Source: Pseudogymnoascus verrucosus (Eukaryota). Taken from it: a stretch of DNA of 29,155 bases. The notes under the pieces were generated by a model. It saw nothing but the letters and a program-made list of their open reading frames with translations, was not told where the DNA came from and searched no databases. Of this stretch, positions 1-11,500 are shown piece by piece (within the stretch, counting starts at the first letter, position 1; each line of letters begins with the position of its first letter). The position numbers were made by a program, and so were the translations under genes. The stretch lies in NCBI GenBank assembly GCA_001662655.1, contig KV460258.1. One strand, written 5' to 3'.

Positions 1-2188
1 AGTTTGTTGAGCACTCTCTGGCGCTCCTTGCATCTGTCCATATACCATCCCCATTATATCACCACCCTCTTGCTGCATTGTTTCCATAAAGCCTTCCATC
101 TCATCCAAACTTGAGTATAGGCGGTTCAACACGTCCAAAAACCTCCTGGCTTTGTCGGAATGTGTATTTACAGTCTCCAGGATTCGTTTCGCTGCCTCAA
201 TATCGGCTCCCCATGCCGCCGCATCTGGTGAGGTTGGCTCGGTTGTGATACAGAAAACCGGGATCAAGCTTGACTGGAAGAGGTAATATCTGGCGCGGGT
301 TAGTGTCCGATATATAATCAAAGAACTGGCAAACTTACATCGCATACCAGTCATGCATTGGACTGAAGATGTGGAGGGAAAAGTATTCTTCGGTGTACTT
401 CACGGTGAGGTGTGCATATTCAAGACAGAGCTCACGGCATCGTCTTGCAGCTTCCGTGTCCGCCTGCGGCGACAAGACGCCAACGGATTTCTCAGTCGCC
501 CATCTGAGTAGTAGGGGTGTATGCAACATTATCCTGAAGCATGCTAACCTCCAAAGGAGGCGACAACGGGCCGTCGTTATGTATTCTGGCTCGGTGGGAT
601 CGGTATGGCCATATTTGAAGTATGCTGGAAGGGTTTTTTCCCAGACGGTGATCTTTGAATCCATTTCGAGGATTTCTTCGGCAGGCAAATCAAAGCTAGC
701 CATACGGCGAGTGTACATTGAATTGGTGAGTTGGTGAAATTGAATCTGCCAGATTAGATGAGAATAAATGGTTGACCCAGTGGACTCTTCAGGGGCGACA
801 AGTGTTGTCGAGGTTAACTTTTCGTCGTCAACATTCATTGGCTCCTTTATATCCATCATACCATCGGTTGGCCATAATATTGGGCGCCCAAACGTTATGG
901 CCGTCCCAGCATCCATGACGAAAACGCACCATCCAACTCGTCGTCGCATCTCACGATCAAAAACGCTTATATTCCACGCCGGAAATTCTCGATGCAGCCC
1001 AAGGCTTATGGCTATTCGAACGGCCAGCCCAGAGAAGTTCCAGCCGGTGTTTGGGTTGTTCTGTCTTTGCGTGAAATGGCCCTTCAGTGCAACAGCTTGG
1101 ACCAACGTTAGACTCCCAGATGACAGAATGGATGTGTTTCTGCTCCATCCCTGGGTTTTTGCACCCAGTAGCTCATCGAATCCCTTGGTGTCATATCCCA
1201 TACACCACCCGCCAATAGCGAGGATTACATGCCGCAACAGCAACCATGACTCTGGGTCCGGTTTTGGAGCGAGATCCTCGGTCTGAGCTCTAAAAGTAGC
1301 CTCGTGAACTATAGGGTATCTCGTGTGGAAATTCCGAAAATAGGAATCGATCAGCGTGCTAATAAGCTGGTCCAGGTCTGCGTCATGTGTCATCTCGCTC
1401 CAGGCCCAAGCTTCCCGGAGTGAGGGTTTGACGGTCCTGGACGAGTCAATAACCCTCGATACGGAGGAATCGATGGTCCACCCATTATGGTGAAGGGATC
1501 GTAGCAAAGCCACATTTGCAGATGTTCCAAGATAACCGGCTCCTTCTGGATTCACGGACAAGAATGCCATACCATCCGCTAGCTGGTTTAGGGCATCCCC
1601 CTGTTCACTCCATTCAAATCCTGTTGATATCCGGGGAAATGAATCAGTATAACTTGGATGGGATGGAGCATCCGAAGTAGTAGAAGCCCATGGGTTAGTG
1701 GGAAGTTCCCAGGTGCTAGACCCGGGAATTCCTGGCGTCTGTGGAGCCAATTTCTCAATATCAACGCCAGGTATTAACTCTGCACATTTCGCTTCTAGCT
1801 TCTGCAACCGGTTTTCAAGCGAAGTAACATATCTGCGGCACCTGTTACAAAAGACGTCCGTTGAAATAGGAAAAACACTTACTCGCGAGTCAGCGGGCTT
1901 CTCTGGATCTTCGCCGAATAGACACAGGGCCTACGCTCTCTCCGACAATAGGCACATGATGGCCTTTCTTTAGAGCACTGGTGAATGTTAAACTTTAGCA
2001 CATTATTAAAATTGCACAGAAATTACCCTAAATTTGCGATGGCGGCATTCTTCGCACTATACAAAAGTCAGCGATTATTACTTGGCGGGGGATGATGGAA
2101 TGGTTGAAAGGAACCATAGAAGCGCCCATCCCATCCCATCTCAACATACCGCGTAACGATTCATGATAGCATTAGCACCGTGGTGCAT
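1..2188 (-). CDS. Zn(II)2Cys6 fungal transcription factor, Gal4/Lac9-like, with fungal-specific TF (middle homology) domain; 3' end outside window. Exons 2188-2150, 2056-2027, 1977-1883, 1832-339, 289-<1
   Basis: Manual splicing at GT..AG introns gives MHHGANAIMNRYACEECRHRKFRCSKERPSCAYCRRERRPCVYSAKIQRSPLTREYVTSLENRLQKLE (CX2CX6CX6CX2CX6C plus the Gal4-type RSPLTR linker). ORF 335..1807 carries 'LIDSYFRNFHTRYPIVHEATF' and 'GLAVRIAISLGLHRE...EMRRRVGWCVFVMD...GRP'. Alternative in-frame start at 2164. Confidence 0.9.
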
Positions 2189-2697
2189 AAGGCACTGGTT
2201 ACTACGATGCTCTTGAATCTAAAAGTCCTTCCCATTGGTAGCTGCAGCCTGACAGTCCCAAGTTTGAAGTCTATCAAATCGATGGTTTATGGGAAGTGGG
2301 GGTCATCGATTACTCATCACACTACTTCACGTGAGCCTAGTAAATTTACAACAAATTTAAGGAATGACCCTGAGATCAATAAATCAATACAAACAGATGC
2401 AGATAGCTCAGATATTTTTATTTTTAGATACTGTTTAGACTTATATAAAATTTTAGACTTGAAAGTCAATTCCTATTTGTTATGTATTATGTTGTGAAGG
2501 CCTTTAAATGTTCTACTGTACACATCAAAATCTATTTTCAACTCGAAAAACCCCTCCACCTAAATGCAGCCTCTGCCGCTTCTCATAGATCATAAATCGT
2601 CTCTTCCTGCCAAGCCCAACACTTCCTTGACGACTCCCCAACAAATTATAAAATACCGCTTAAAATGCTTTTTTCCCAAATATATTTCGCCACCGCA

Positions 2698-4225
2698 TTA
2701 AGCATCGACATCATATTCCACATCTGTCCGTATCACATATTTTGCACCCTTCCTGACCCCAGTTCCTTCATGTAGCAATGCCCCATTCGTCTCTCCGTGC
2801 GGAAAAACGGCTACGCTACCCATGACTGGCTTCATTGGATACGCATTCATTGTCCCTTCCTTGACACTTGGGAGGAAGAACGTAGTTTCTCCGCCTTCGA
2901 AGTCGTCATTCAAATATATTAAGAAGGTGAAGAGTGACGATTGCCTCTTAGTGGGAGGCGATGAATCATACTGATATACCCCGGCTGGCGAAATTCCCGA
3001 GGGTGGCCATGCTCCATCTTATTAAAGTCAGTTTCTTACCACACCAAAACCAAGAAGAAAGTGAGAAATGCTTACCGATATGGCATCTGTATTCCGCGCC
3101 AGGAACATATCTGTACACCCTGAACCTCCTATTCAAACCTCTCACTCTCTTTCCACCAACATTTTCTGGTACATACTCTCTCACTCTCTCCCACAGCCGA
3201 TCATGAAATGCTTGATCAATGACCCAATAAAAGTTATGCGCCAAAACGCTTACTTCTCCACCATCGTCTCTCACTGGTGCATCGGGAATAAACTCAACTG
3301 CCTCTCCGGCTGCAATGATATCCTTGCATTCTGTTGGCGATAAGACGTCTTTTATGAGTCCTAGATTTGGGACAATGGGATGAGAATGTCGACTTCGTGA
3401 GGGTCCAGGAGATGTGAGATGGACCGCGTTGTCCTCCGAGGTGTATAGGATTGCAGGATGGTGATTTGGCGGCTTCCTCTCGGGGCCAGGAATCGTCTCG
3501 AGGATCTTGAACTTGGCCATAATAGCCTCTGGCTGTGGTATCAAGCTCCTATCCAGAACCTTTGCATAAACCGCTTCTGGAACATCCCCTTTCCTCATGT
3601 TCCATACCTCCTGGACACTGATCGGGTTTTCCCCACTCTCAATTTTTAAGTTGAGATCTGTCGGCCCTGTAACCCTCAGTATCGCATCCATAACTTTCAA
3701 CAGCTCAATCTCGCTGTCACTCCTCTCGCCGACTGCGCTCATCCCATCCACGCGCCCACTCAACCCAGACAGAACGTCTAAGTCCCGAACCCATCGGCAC
3801 AGAGCACCCAGCTTGGGTTGTTGCCCCTTAACCCTCATCTCTGCCAATAATACCCTCGCCTCTGTCAACTTCCCGTCTACAAGAGCCGCGCTAATCCGGC
3901 TCGTCAAGTTTGCATCCGCCGCCGTGAGCAGGCCAGTTGTAGAAGCCTGTTTAAAATCGTAGATGGCAACACGAAGATCTTTGCATGCTTTACTTTTGAT
4001 CAGATTCGGATACTTGCTGAGGGCCTGCAGCGTCTCGATTGTGATTTCAAGCTCATCTTCGGAAACTATACTGGCGATGTTCTTCGGTTCGATAAGAGAA
4101 GCGTCGGTGTCTGTCGATGGTGGGGTGACAGCACCTGCTGCCGTCGGCAGAGAGGTCTTCTGGAGTTTATTCGGTACATTTTGTGCACCATTGTGCTTGC
4201 GCTTTGCGGATTTGGATTTCGCCAT
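2698..4225 (-). CDS. 2-oxoglutarate/Fe(II)-dependent dioxygenase (prolyl-4-hydroxylase-like C-terminal domain), ~489 aa. Exons 4225-3076, 3017-2698
   Basis: Removing intron 3075-3018 (GTAAGC...CTGAC...AAG) joins 'RFRVYRYVPGAEYRCHID' to 'GAWPPSG...FTFLIYLNDDFEGGETTFF...LLHEG...KYVIRTDVEY', restoring the HxD...H iron triad and a 2OG-binding basic motif. Confidence 0.88.
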
Positions 4226-4526
4226 TGTATCTGTTGAGAGTGGTACACAGGAAGCTGCGGGGTTGGAATATTTGGGCTTGAGGGCAACTGTGGGAAGGGG
4301 GCGGTGAAGCTATCCGTGGCAGAAAAGCGATTGTGGTGAAGGCGGTGTGGTTATTTCTGGCAGAAAAGGTTCACATCAAACATAACTGCAACTTTGGCCT
4401 CTCTCGAAATCAAGCATAACAAACGGTAATTTGGTTGTGAAATAGGGTCGAGGTACTGGATATAGGATCTGAATATTTTGATATTCCAGCCATAAAGCCA
4501 TTTCGTGAGAGGCCAAAGTTGCAGTT

Positions 4527-5088
4527 ATGCTTCAATGGTATGAGGTGGCGGCGCGCCCAATGTTGACGCAGAGTGTGACCACGGCAATATTATTCGCGAC
4601 TGGAGATATTATGGCGCAACAAGCCGTAGAGCACAGAGGAATCGAGAAGCATGAATTCGTCCGTACAGCTCGTATGGCATTATATGGTGGAGGTAAGATT
4701 TGGTGGCAATCGGTATATCTGGTAGGGATTATGCTGAGCTATATAGCGATTTTTTGGGCCGGCAGCAACAAAATGGTTCAAGTTTCTACAGACTAAAATT
4801 GTGTTACCAAACAAGAAATTAGAGATCTGTGCGCGAGTTGGTGTCGATCAGCTTCTATTTGCTCCAACGAACCTGTTCGTGTTTCTGAGTACCATGTCCA
4901 TCCTAGAGGGGGTAAGCCCCCAGGAGAAGTTGACTAAGACATATACTGGAGCTTTACAGAGCAACTGGATGGTCTGGCCATTTGTACAGGTTGTCAATTT
5001 CTCAGTTGTTCCGCTTGATTACAGATTGCTTTTTATCAACGGCTTGTCGATTTTTTGGAACTGCTATCTTAGCTACATCAGCAAATAA
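4527..5088 (+). CDS. SYM1: Mpv17/PMP22 family protein SYM1; exons 4527-4692, 4747-5088, apparently broken by one extra T at 4750-4755 (assembly error or pseudogene)
   Basis: 'RPMLTQSVTTAILFATGDIMAQQ...RTARMALYGG' and 'ARVGVDQLLFAP...NWMVWPFVQVVNFSVVPLDYRLLFINGLSIFWNCYLS' are typical of Sym1/Mpv17. Intron 4693-4746 is GTAAGA...TAG. The spliced length of 508 nt is not a multiple of 3. Confidence 0.85.
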
Positions 5089-5562
5089 GCGCCATGTGGA
5101 GGAGGAGAGGATAAACGTCATGTGTTCGTAAGGCTCAGGATTGTGCGTCGTTGAGAACTGGCCACTGCAACTGCAGATGATAGAGCTCCTCTGATCAAAC
5201 TCCTCAGTATCTGACCAACTCCCAATCACAACAGATAATTATTCGTATTTTCCAACACATGTTTATGCGACATGGGCAATGGTTCAGCTTGAAAGGCGTG
5301 TCACTTGCTACACATATAGTAGTGTAATGGAAGAAAAGCATGTAGCTGAATAGCTTATTCATTAATATATAGTAGCATCCCCCGCCCAGTCCTGCCCAGT
5401 CCATACCAAATTACATCATCCTTACAACCCATGATATCCTCCGCCTAACGCCTCGCTCGCGAAACTCCGATCACATGTAACCCAATTTCTTCCCCCCCCC
5501 ACCCCATATCCAGCTCACTTTAAGTGGCTATCCTGTATCATACAAAGAAAAAAAAGCCCTCC

Positions 5563-8500
5563 CTATAGGTAGGGCATCCACAGAGCATCGGCCTGGGCCA
5601 GGTTCATAGGATTGACCGCCTTGGCCACCAAGTCAATGATTGTCTGGTTCGCAGGTAGCATTCCCATCGGCGCCTGGGCTAAACTCAAAGTCCTCTTGAC
5701 AATGATCTCGCTGTTAACTTGAACCGTCTCCCTCAGCTGACCTTCTCCCATTGATCCTGCGCGGTGGCTACTGGTGAACCAGAAGATCATCTCGTCTCGC
5801 ACGAACAAGCTCAACTGTTGCTCCAGGTCAAACTCGGGTTCCGTAAGGCATCGCGCAATGGCCATAATGGCGCAAGTGAAGATGCCCTCGGTGGCCATGG
5901 GACCCATGAGAGTTTGTATATTGGGCGTAAGGCGGAACGGCACTGGCTCCGGGTTGTGGAAGGTAGGCTTGCCAGCTGCCATCGAGGCAATCAGTTCCGA
6001 ACCCCAGATATTTCCTGTGGCTCGCGCGATATTGAGCTTGTGTGGGTAACGGCCGTTCATGAACAAAATGTAAGTCATGAATGTTAACGCGGCATATTGG
6101 TATGAAAAGTGCCTGCGGAACAACCAGAAGTCGGCATATGCTGGATACGAAGCTTTGAAGAAGTCGAGAGCAATCGTATGTGGAACCCATTTGTCTTGAA
6201 TAGCTGAAAATATTTCCATGCGGGCATTGAGAGCGTGATCAGGGTGTTTCTAATTAGTATGTTAGCATTGGAAGTCATCGAGACTAGAATTTTGGAACTT
6301 ACGGCTGTCTTCGCCTCGGCCAGGATCCTTAATTTGTCCATCGTAAACAGAATTGGATCGTCCTTTAGCAGTCCACTCTTACGGCAATGGTCCTCGAAGA
6401 TCCCTTGCAGGGATATATACGACGTATCATCTTGAACCATCCGAATATGGGGCGCAAGCGGAATCATGAGCGGCAGATGGAAATTGAGATTTCGCCGACG
6501 TGACTCTTTGCGCTTGCTCAGTGTGGCATTGAAATGCCTGAAGAGTTGCAATATCCGCTCTTCACGTCTGCAATGCCTAGCAGCAGGATGCTGCACAGCG
6601 AAGGGATGAACGGATCCATCGTGGCCACGAATTTTGAGGCGACGATGGCAGACACCAATGGCGCGCACCAAGTCAACGTCGGGGAGGAACCGATCAATTC
6701 GGATAAAATCTTGGTTCTTATCCTTATGCTGCAAATATTGACCAGGAACTTCCACCTCATCGAATTTACCGAATCGGAACTCGCTGAGATGTGTGCTGTA
6801 AGTCTCGAGATTTTGATGCAACGGGCGCCGATCCAGCTTGGACTCGAACTTGTCGCGCCAACGGCGGAGCTTTTGGATGTACTCGTGCATTGTTGGCTTT
6901 TTATCAACGAAATCAGCTTCAAACGACTTTCGAATGTGGGCTGGCAGAATAGTCTCCGCAAACCGGGTGATGTTCGTTTCGGTGGCGGATGGGAGCTTCA
7001 CATCGAGAGCGTAAGAGTTAGGCATGCGAGTGACATATGAAAGGCCGTCGTTGAGAAGTGCCACGATGAGCCTGTATGCATCCTCATCGGGTGGGCACTT
7101 GAAATGCTTCTGGATTTGGTCGACCATTGTTTCCATAGAAAGTGCCAAAAGTGGGAATGCTGTTTTGAGCACCAAAAGTATCTCTTCTGTGTGTTCCCAC
7201 GGTGGCTTCTTAGTGGGTGGAGCAGCGGCTGGGGCTGGTGTGGTCGATGGCTGCCCTTGCACATTTGGGACGCTTGTGGCAGCATTCGGATTGTTGCTGG
7301 CTTCAGCTGGCTCGGGCTTAACTGCACTGCCCTCTACATTAAGGGCGGCATTAACAACGCCATTGGCAGTCCCAGGTCTTGATCCAGCCGAACTGTCTGG
7401 CCTCACTGAAGGCGTCACCGAACGTGCCTGGGTCGGCGAGCCGCTTTGCTTGATAGCATCTCCCACTGGAGTTTGTCTAGCATTTTGCTTGGCAGCTCTT
7501 GCGTTCCTCTCGCGTAGCTCTTTGCTCTCCTGGCTCTTCTTGATTGCAAGCATATCCTCACGGTTGGTACGCAGTTGGAAGTAAAGCGCCTGTGGGTAAG
7601 ATTTGGCGATCTTTGCGAGAAGGCTGTGTGCTTTCGCTGCTTCCTTGTGCCCGAGTCCAGTCAGTAATTGAGGAATGAACGTTATCCAATACCAAACTGG
7701 TGTTTCGCCCTTATATGCGTCGAAAGTTTCTGCTAGCGTTCCGTTCGCATCGTCGAGACTCAGTAGCCAGAGTATGCGAGTAAGCAACTTCCGAGACTTT
7801 GCATTCTTGAACAAACCGGCAGCTTCAAGGTAGCAGCTAAGGGCGTTCTTGGCAAACTCATAATTTGTTGGGGTTTCCTTAAATTGTCGGTCATTGTAGT
7901 AGCCCCATTCGGCCCATGCCTTCGATAGCTTGATATCAAAGAATAACGCCATGCCAAAGGCCTCTTCAGCCTCGCTCTTCTGGCTAAGCTTCTCGAGGAA
8001 CATTCCCTTCAGAGTGTAGAACTCTGCTTTCTGTTGCGGGCCGAAATAGTTCAGATTGGTGTTGTTAATGACATCTAATCCCTGGTTCAATTCGTTCGAA
8101 TCTTGGTAATGACACTTCGCTTGTTCTCTCAGTTTCAAGAAAGCTTCTTGGATCTCAATGTTTGGCAGTGTATAGATCCTGCTAAGTTGGCTGATACAAA
8201 CTTCTGGTAGTTGATGCTTCCTTGCGACATGGGCGAAACGATTTATGATCCAAGCGGTCTCGTGGTATCCACGGTAGGCAAACGAGGCGCCATTGGCGTT
8301 TTGCCCTTGTTGGGGCAGAAGGGCCAAGTAGGTCGTATTGATGAGTCCAAATATGTGCTGGCGCCAAGTAACAAGGTCTTGCCATGCCATGATATCATCC
8401 CATACGTTCGGGAGGCGATCTCGCCAGGTACCAAGTAGTAACTTCAACTCTCCAGATTTGACATCTAGGTTTGCTTGGGTCGTTTGTGCTAGGCTTTGGC

Positions 8501-11500
8501 ATATGACGCTAGCATCGTGAAGCTCAACAAGCTGCTGGAAGTTCTGAAGTAGAGGAATATGTGCATTGGTAATCCGCTTAGGAAGCTGGTGCCATTTGCG
8601 GATTGACAATTGTATAGCCTCATCGCATACCTTGCTGAAATCTGCCGTGGTTTCTGTTTTGTTGTGGAACTTGAGAAGAGACATGAAGGCCTGGAAGAAC
8701 GTTCGGCGAGGAGTTGGCGCATCCATGACGCCTTTGATAATCGCATCGAGCTGATCCCGAGGTTCTGGGGTCTGCCATGTTTCCGGGTTTCTCCAGGCAC
8801 ATTCAAGGAGGAGATCCTGAAAGTTCTCGTGCTTGGCGAAGTCTTGTAAGATATCCCACTGTTGCAGTTTCTGAGCGCATAGCACCCAGTGGTCTTCCCA
8901 GAGCATGTATTCTCCGGATGAGAAAGGAATCGCACCAGTTCTTGCCTTAATTTGAGCGGCCTCGTACATCTTTTGCGCGCTATCCCACATCCCGTTTTGT
9001 TCATAGGAAAGCGCAGCATTTGTCTCGACAAACTGGCAGCGGCGACGCCACGTTCCATAAAAGAGATCATCCTCTTGCAAACCAGCATACAATTCTACCA
9101 ATGCGTCGAGGTTGCTTTCCCTAACAACTGCACTGTCTGTCGTGGGCTTGATGGCGGCATTCTCCAGTTGAACAAGCGCAGTATACCATGCATCGTAAGT
9201 TTTCGCCTCAAACTTCATGACATGGGGTGGTATCTTGCAATCCGGCCAGGACCTAGCTGCTCCCTCCAGAAGAGACTGGACAACGTTTGGTCTTTTGTCA
9301 ATTTGGCGGGAGTGATAATCCTTTGTCAGGAGAGACACCATTCCACGCTCCAACTCTCCGCGTTCATCCTTGGCCATTGCTGACCAGTAAATTGGGAACA
9401 GAGAAACCCAAATTTCATGCGCCGTATCTGGATCTAAGTGCTGGAGCTGAGTCAAGGGTTCCATGATGTCGCGGACTGTGACGTCGCCTAGCTCTCGTAC
9501 GAACCGGCGATGACCTGCTATAAACTCATCATATTTGTCGTCATCCATCAAATTGGGCTGTCGTGTATCCTTGGCATAGTTGCCAAATAGCACCGACGCT
9601 GGAATGGTCTTGAAATCCTCGTGGTGCAGTTGAATTGGCTTGTTCATCTCAACCGCCCCAACAAGCAATTGCGACGCCTGGGCAAGCCAGTAAGAATCTG
9701 CCAAAGTATCCCAGTTCTGCGATGTGATGATATATGTGAGTCTTGCGCTAGCTGTTGGCGATTGGCTCTTGTCAAATATAGCCATGAATCTATTTCGCAT
9801 GTCGACGTCTTGAGCTCTTGTACCGATCAAAAATGCATGTTCCATGCGCACCGTTAATTCGGTGCGAGTAATCTTGGGATCCTCGTAGATTCGTATTACT
9901 AGTTCTAAAAACTTGATGAGCAAAGTCTGGTCTTGTCTGTTCTCGAATGTCAACATCTTATGTAGCACGGCGGTCTTTTCTTTGAGTGTTGGCCATGATC
10001 CTTCAGATTTGAACACCCAGCCATCAACCATGTCGAGGATCTTCAGACACAATTCGTTGCTTTGAGACTTCTCAACAAGGGTTGCGAGGACGCTAAGGAA
10101 CGGCCTGCGGTAGTCGCCAAGCACTTCCATTCGCATGGACATAATGTCAATAGCTTTGAGCATTAGGCCAGTCTGTATCTTGAGATCGTACTTATTCATG
10201 AGGCCAGTGGGCTCATGTTCTTGTTGCACTGCAGCTGCTACAGACTGCGTGACAGCTGCCGCGTAATGAGCGACATGCTCCTTTGCAAGTTTCGTCTGGA
10301 GAGCTCTCATTATCGCACTTATAATCCCTTGATCCATCTCAGAGGGCTTTCTCTGCGCGAGAGTCCAGAGGATGTTGATTCCGGAGTTGTAATTTCCAGA
10401 CGACAAATCCTCTGTTGCAGTGGTAGATAAGAATGTTATGATTTCAGACGTTGAAGCCTCGGCCTCGCCGTCTGCATCGGCATCTTCCATCTGTACATCG
10501 TCTGGGACGGCATCGAGAATGGCTTTCAGCAGAGGCTTTAGCGGGCGCCCATCGTCTCTATTCTGGCAGCTCGAATGAAGGCAGTCTTGAATCTCAGCAT
10601 TGTCAGACTTGATAGATTTTTCCAAGATGCGCTGCAGATTCGACATGTTCTTCTGAATCCAGTCATCAGTTTTGGTGTTAACTATGACTCTTACAACTTG
10701 CAGCGTGTTGATCATGTTCGTAATAAACTTGTCGTCTGGTTTCTCCTTGTCAGTTCCCCCGCTAGCAAGGGCTGCTGTTGTGCGGTCACTTGCAAGCATG
10801 ATATCGGTGACGTTGGGGAAAAGATCAACGTCTAGATCGCTCCAATACTGTGGTTGTAATAGGTTCTTCAGCAGTGAAATAGATTTCGTGATCATCTCAA
10901 TTGATGAGGATGGAGGGGCCGGAATTTGGTACAATGCTGGTTCTCGTTGCTTTGCTGACTGGAGTGGGTATCTCTCTGGCAGCGCTGCGATGAACTCCAC
11001 CAGATATTTGATCATCTTCTGGCGGTACACCAATGGGATCTGATATTCAGCTCTGTCTGGTGGAGAAGAACGAGCCTTTTGCGGCGAGGCCTTCTGCGAC
11101 GACGGGGATGAGGATTCGGCAACTGGGGTACTCTCTATCTTCCTCTTCTTCGCGTTTGGAGACTCTGACATCAAGCGTGCAGGACTGGTTGCCTTGTCCT
11201 CTACTCGGGTCTTCTCCCATTCCCAAATCAAATTCATAAGCTGGAGGACTAGACGTCGGCTCTCATTCGAAGCGGTTGTTGGTTGAGCGATCTTCCTAAA
11301 TGAGGAGATAATGGAAATAACAAACTTGTCTCGGGATTCATAGAAGAGCTCGTCGTGCTTTACAAGGAAATGGAGGATGCTCGTCATCTGCTGCACATTC
11401 TGGCCCTCCTCGGCCAGGATTCTGCGTGCGCCCGAGGCCCAGATAGGATTTCGGTCTCCCGGTGCAGAGTTGCATCTCTTCCGAAGAACAGGAGCCAATA

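Noticed and set aside
4302..4316. CGG...CCG site in the dioxygenase/SYM1 divergent promoter as a Gal4 UAS
   Set aside because: Spacing is N9, not the N11 required for Gal4-type sites.
6084..6302. ORF-track C-terminus of the 3625-aa ORF ([11 protein letters not shown]...)
   Set aside because: Read-through into intron 6302-6250 and an off-frame exon; the true C-terminus continues in ORF 5563..6219.
5563..6700. Missing catalytic residues in the PI3K-like domain as a sign of pseudogenisation
   Set aside because: Tra1/TRRAP is an established pseudokinase, so this is expected.
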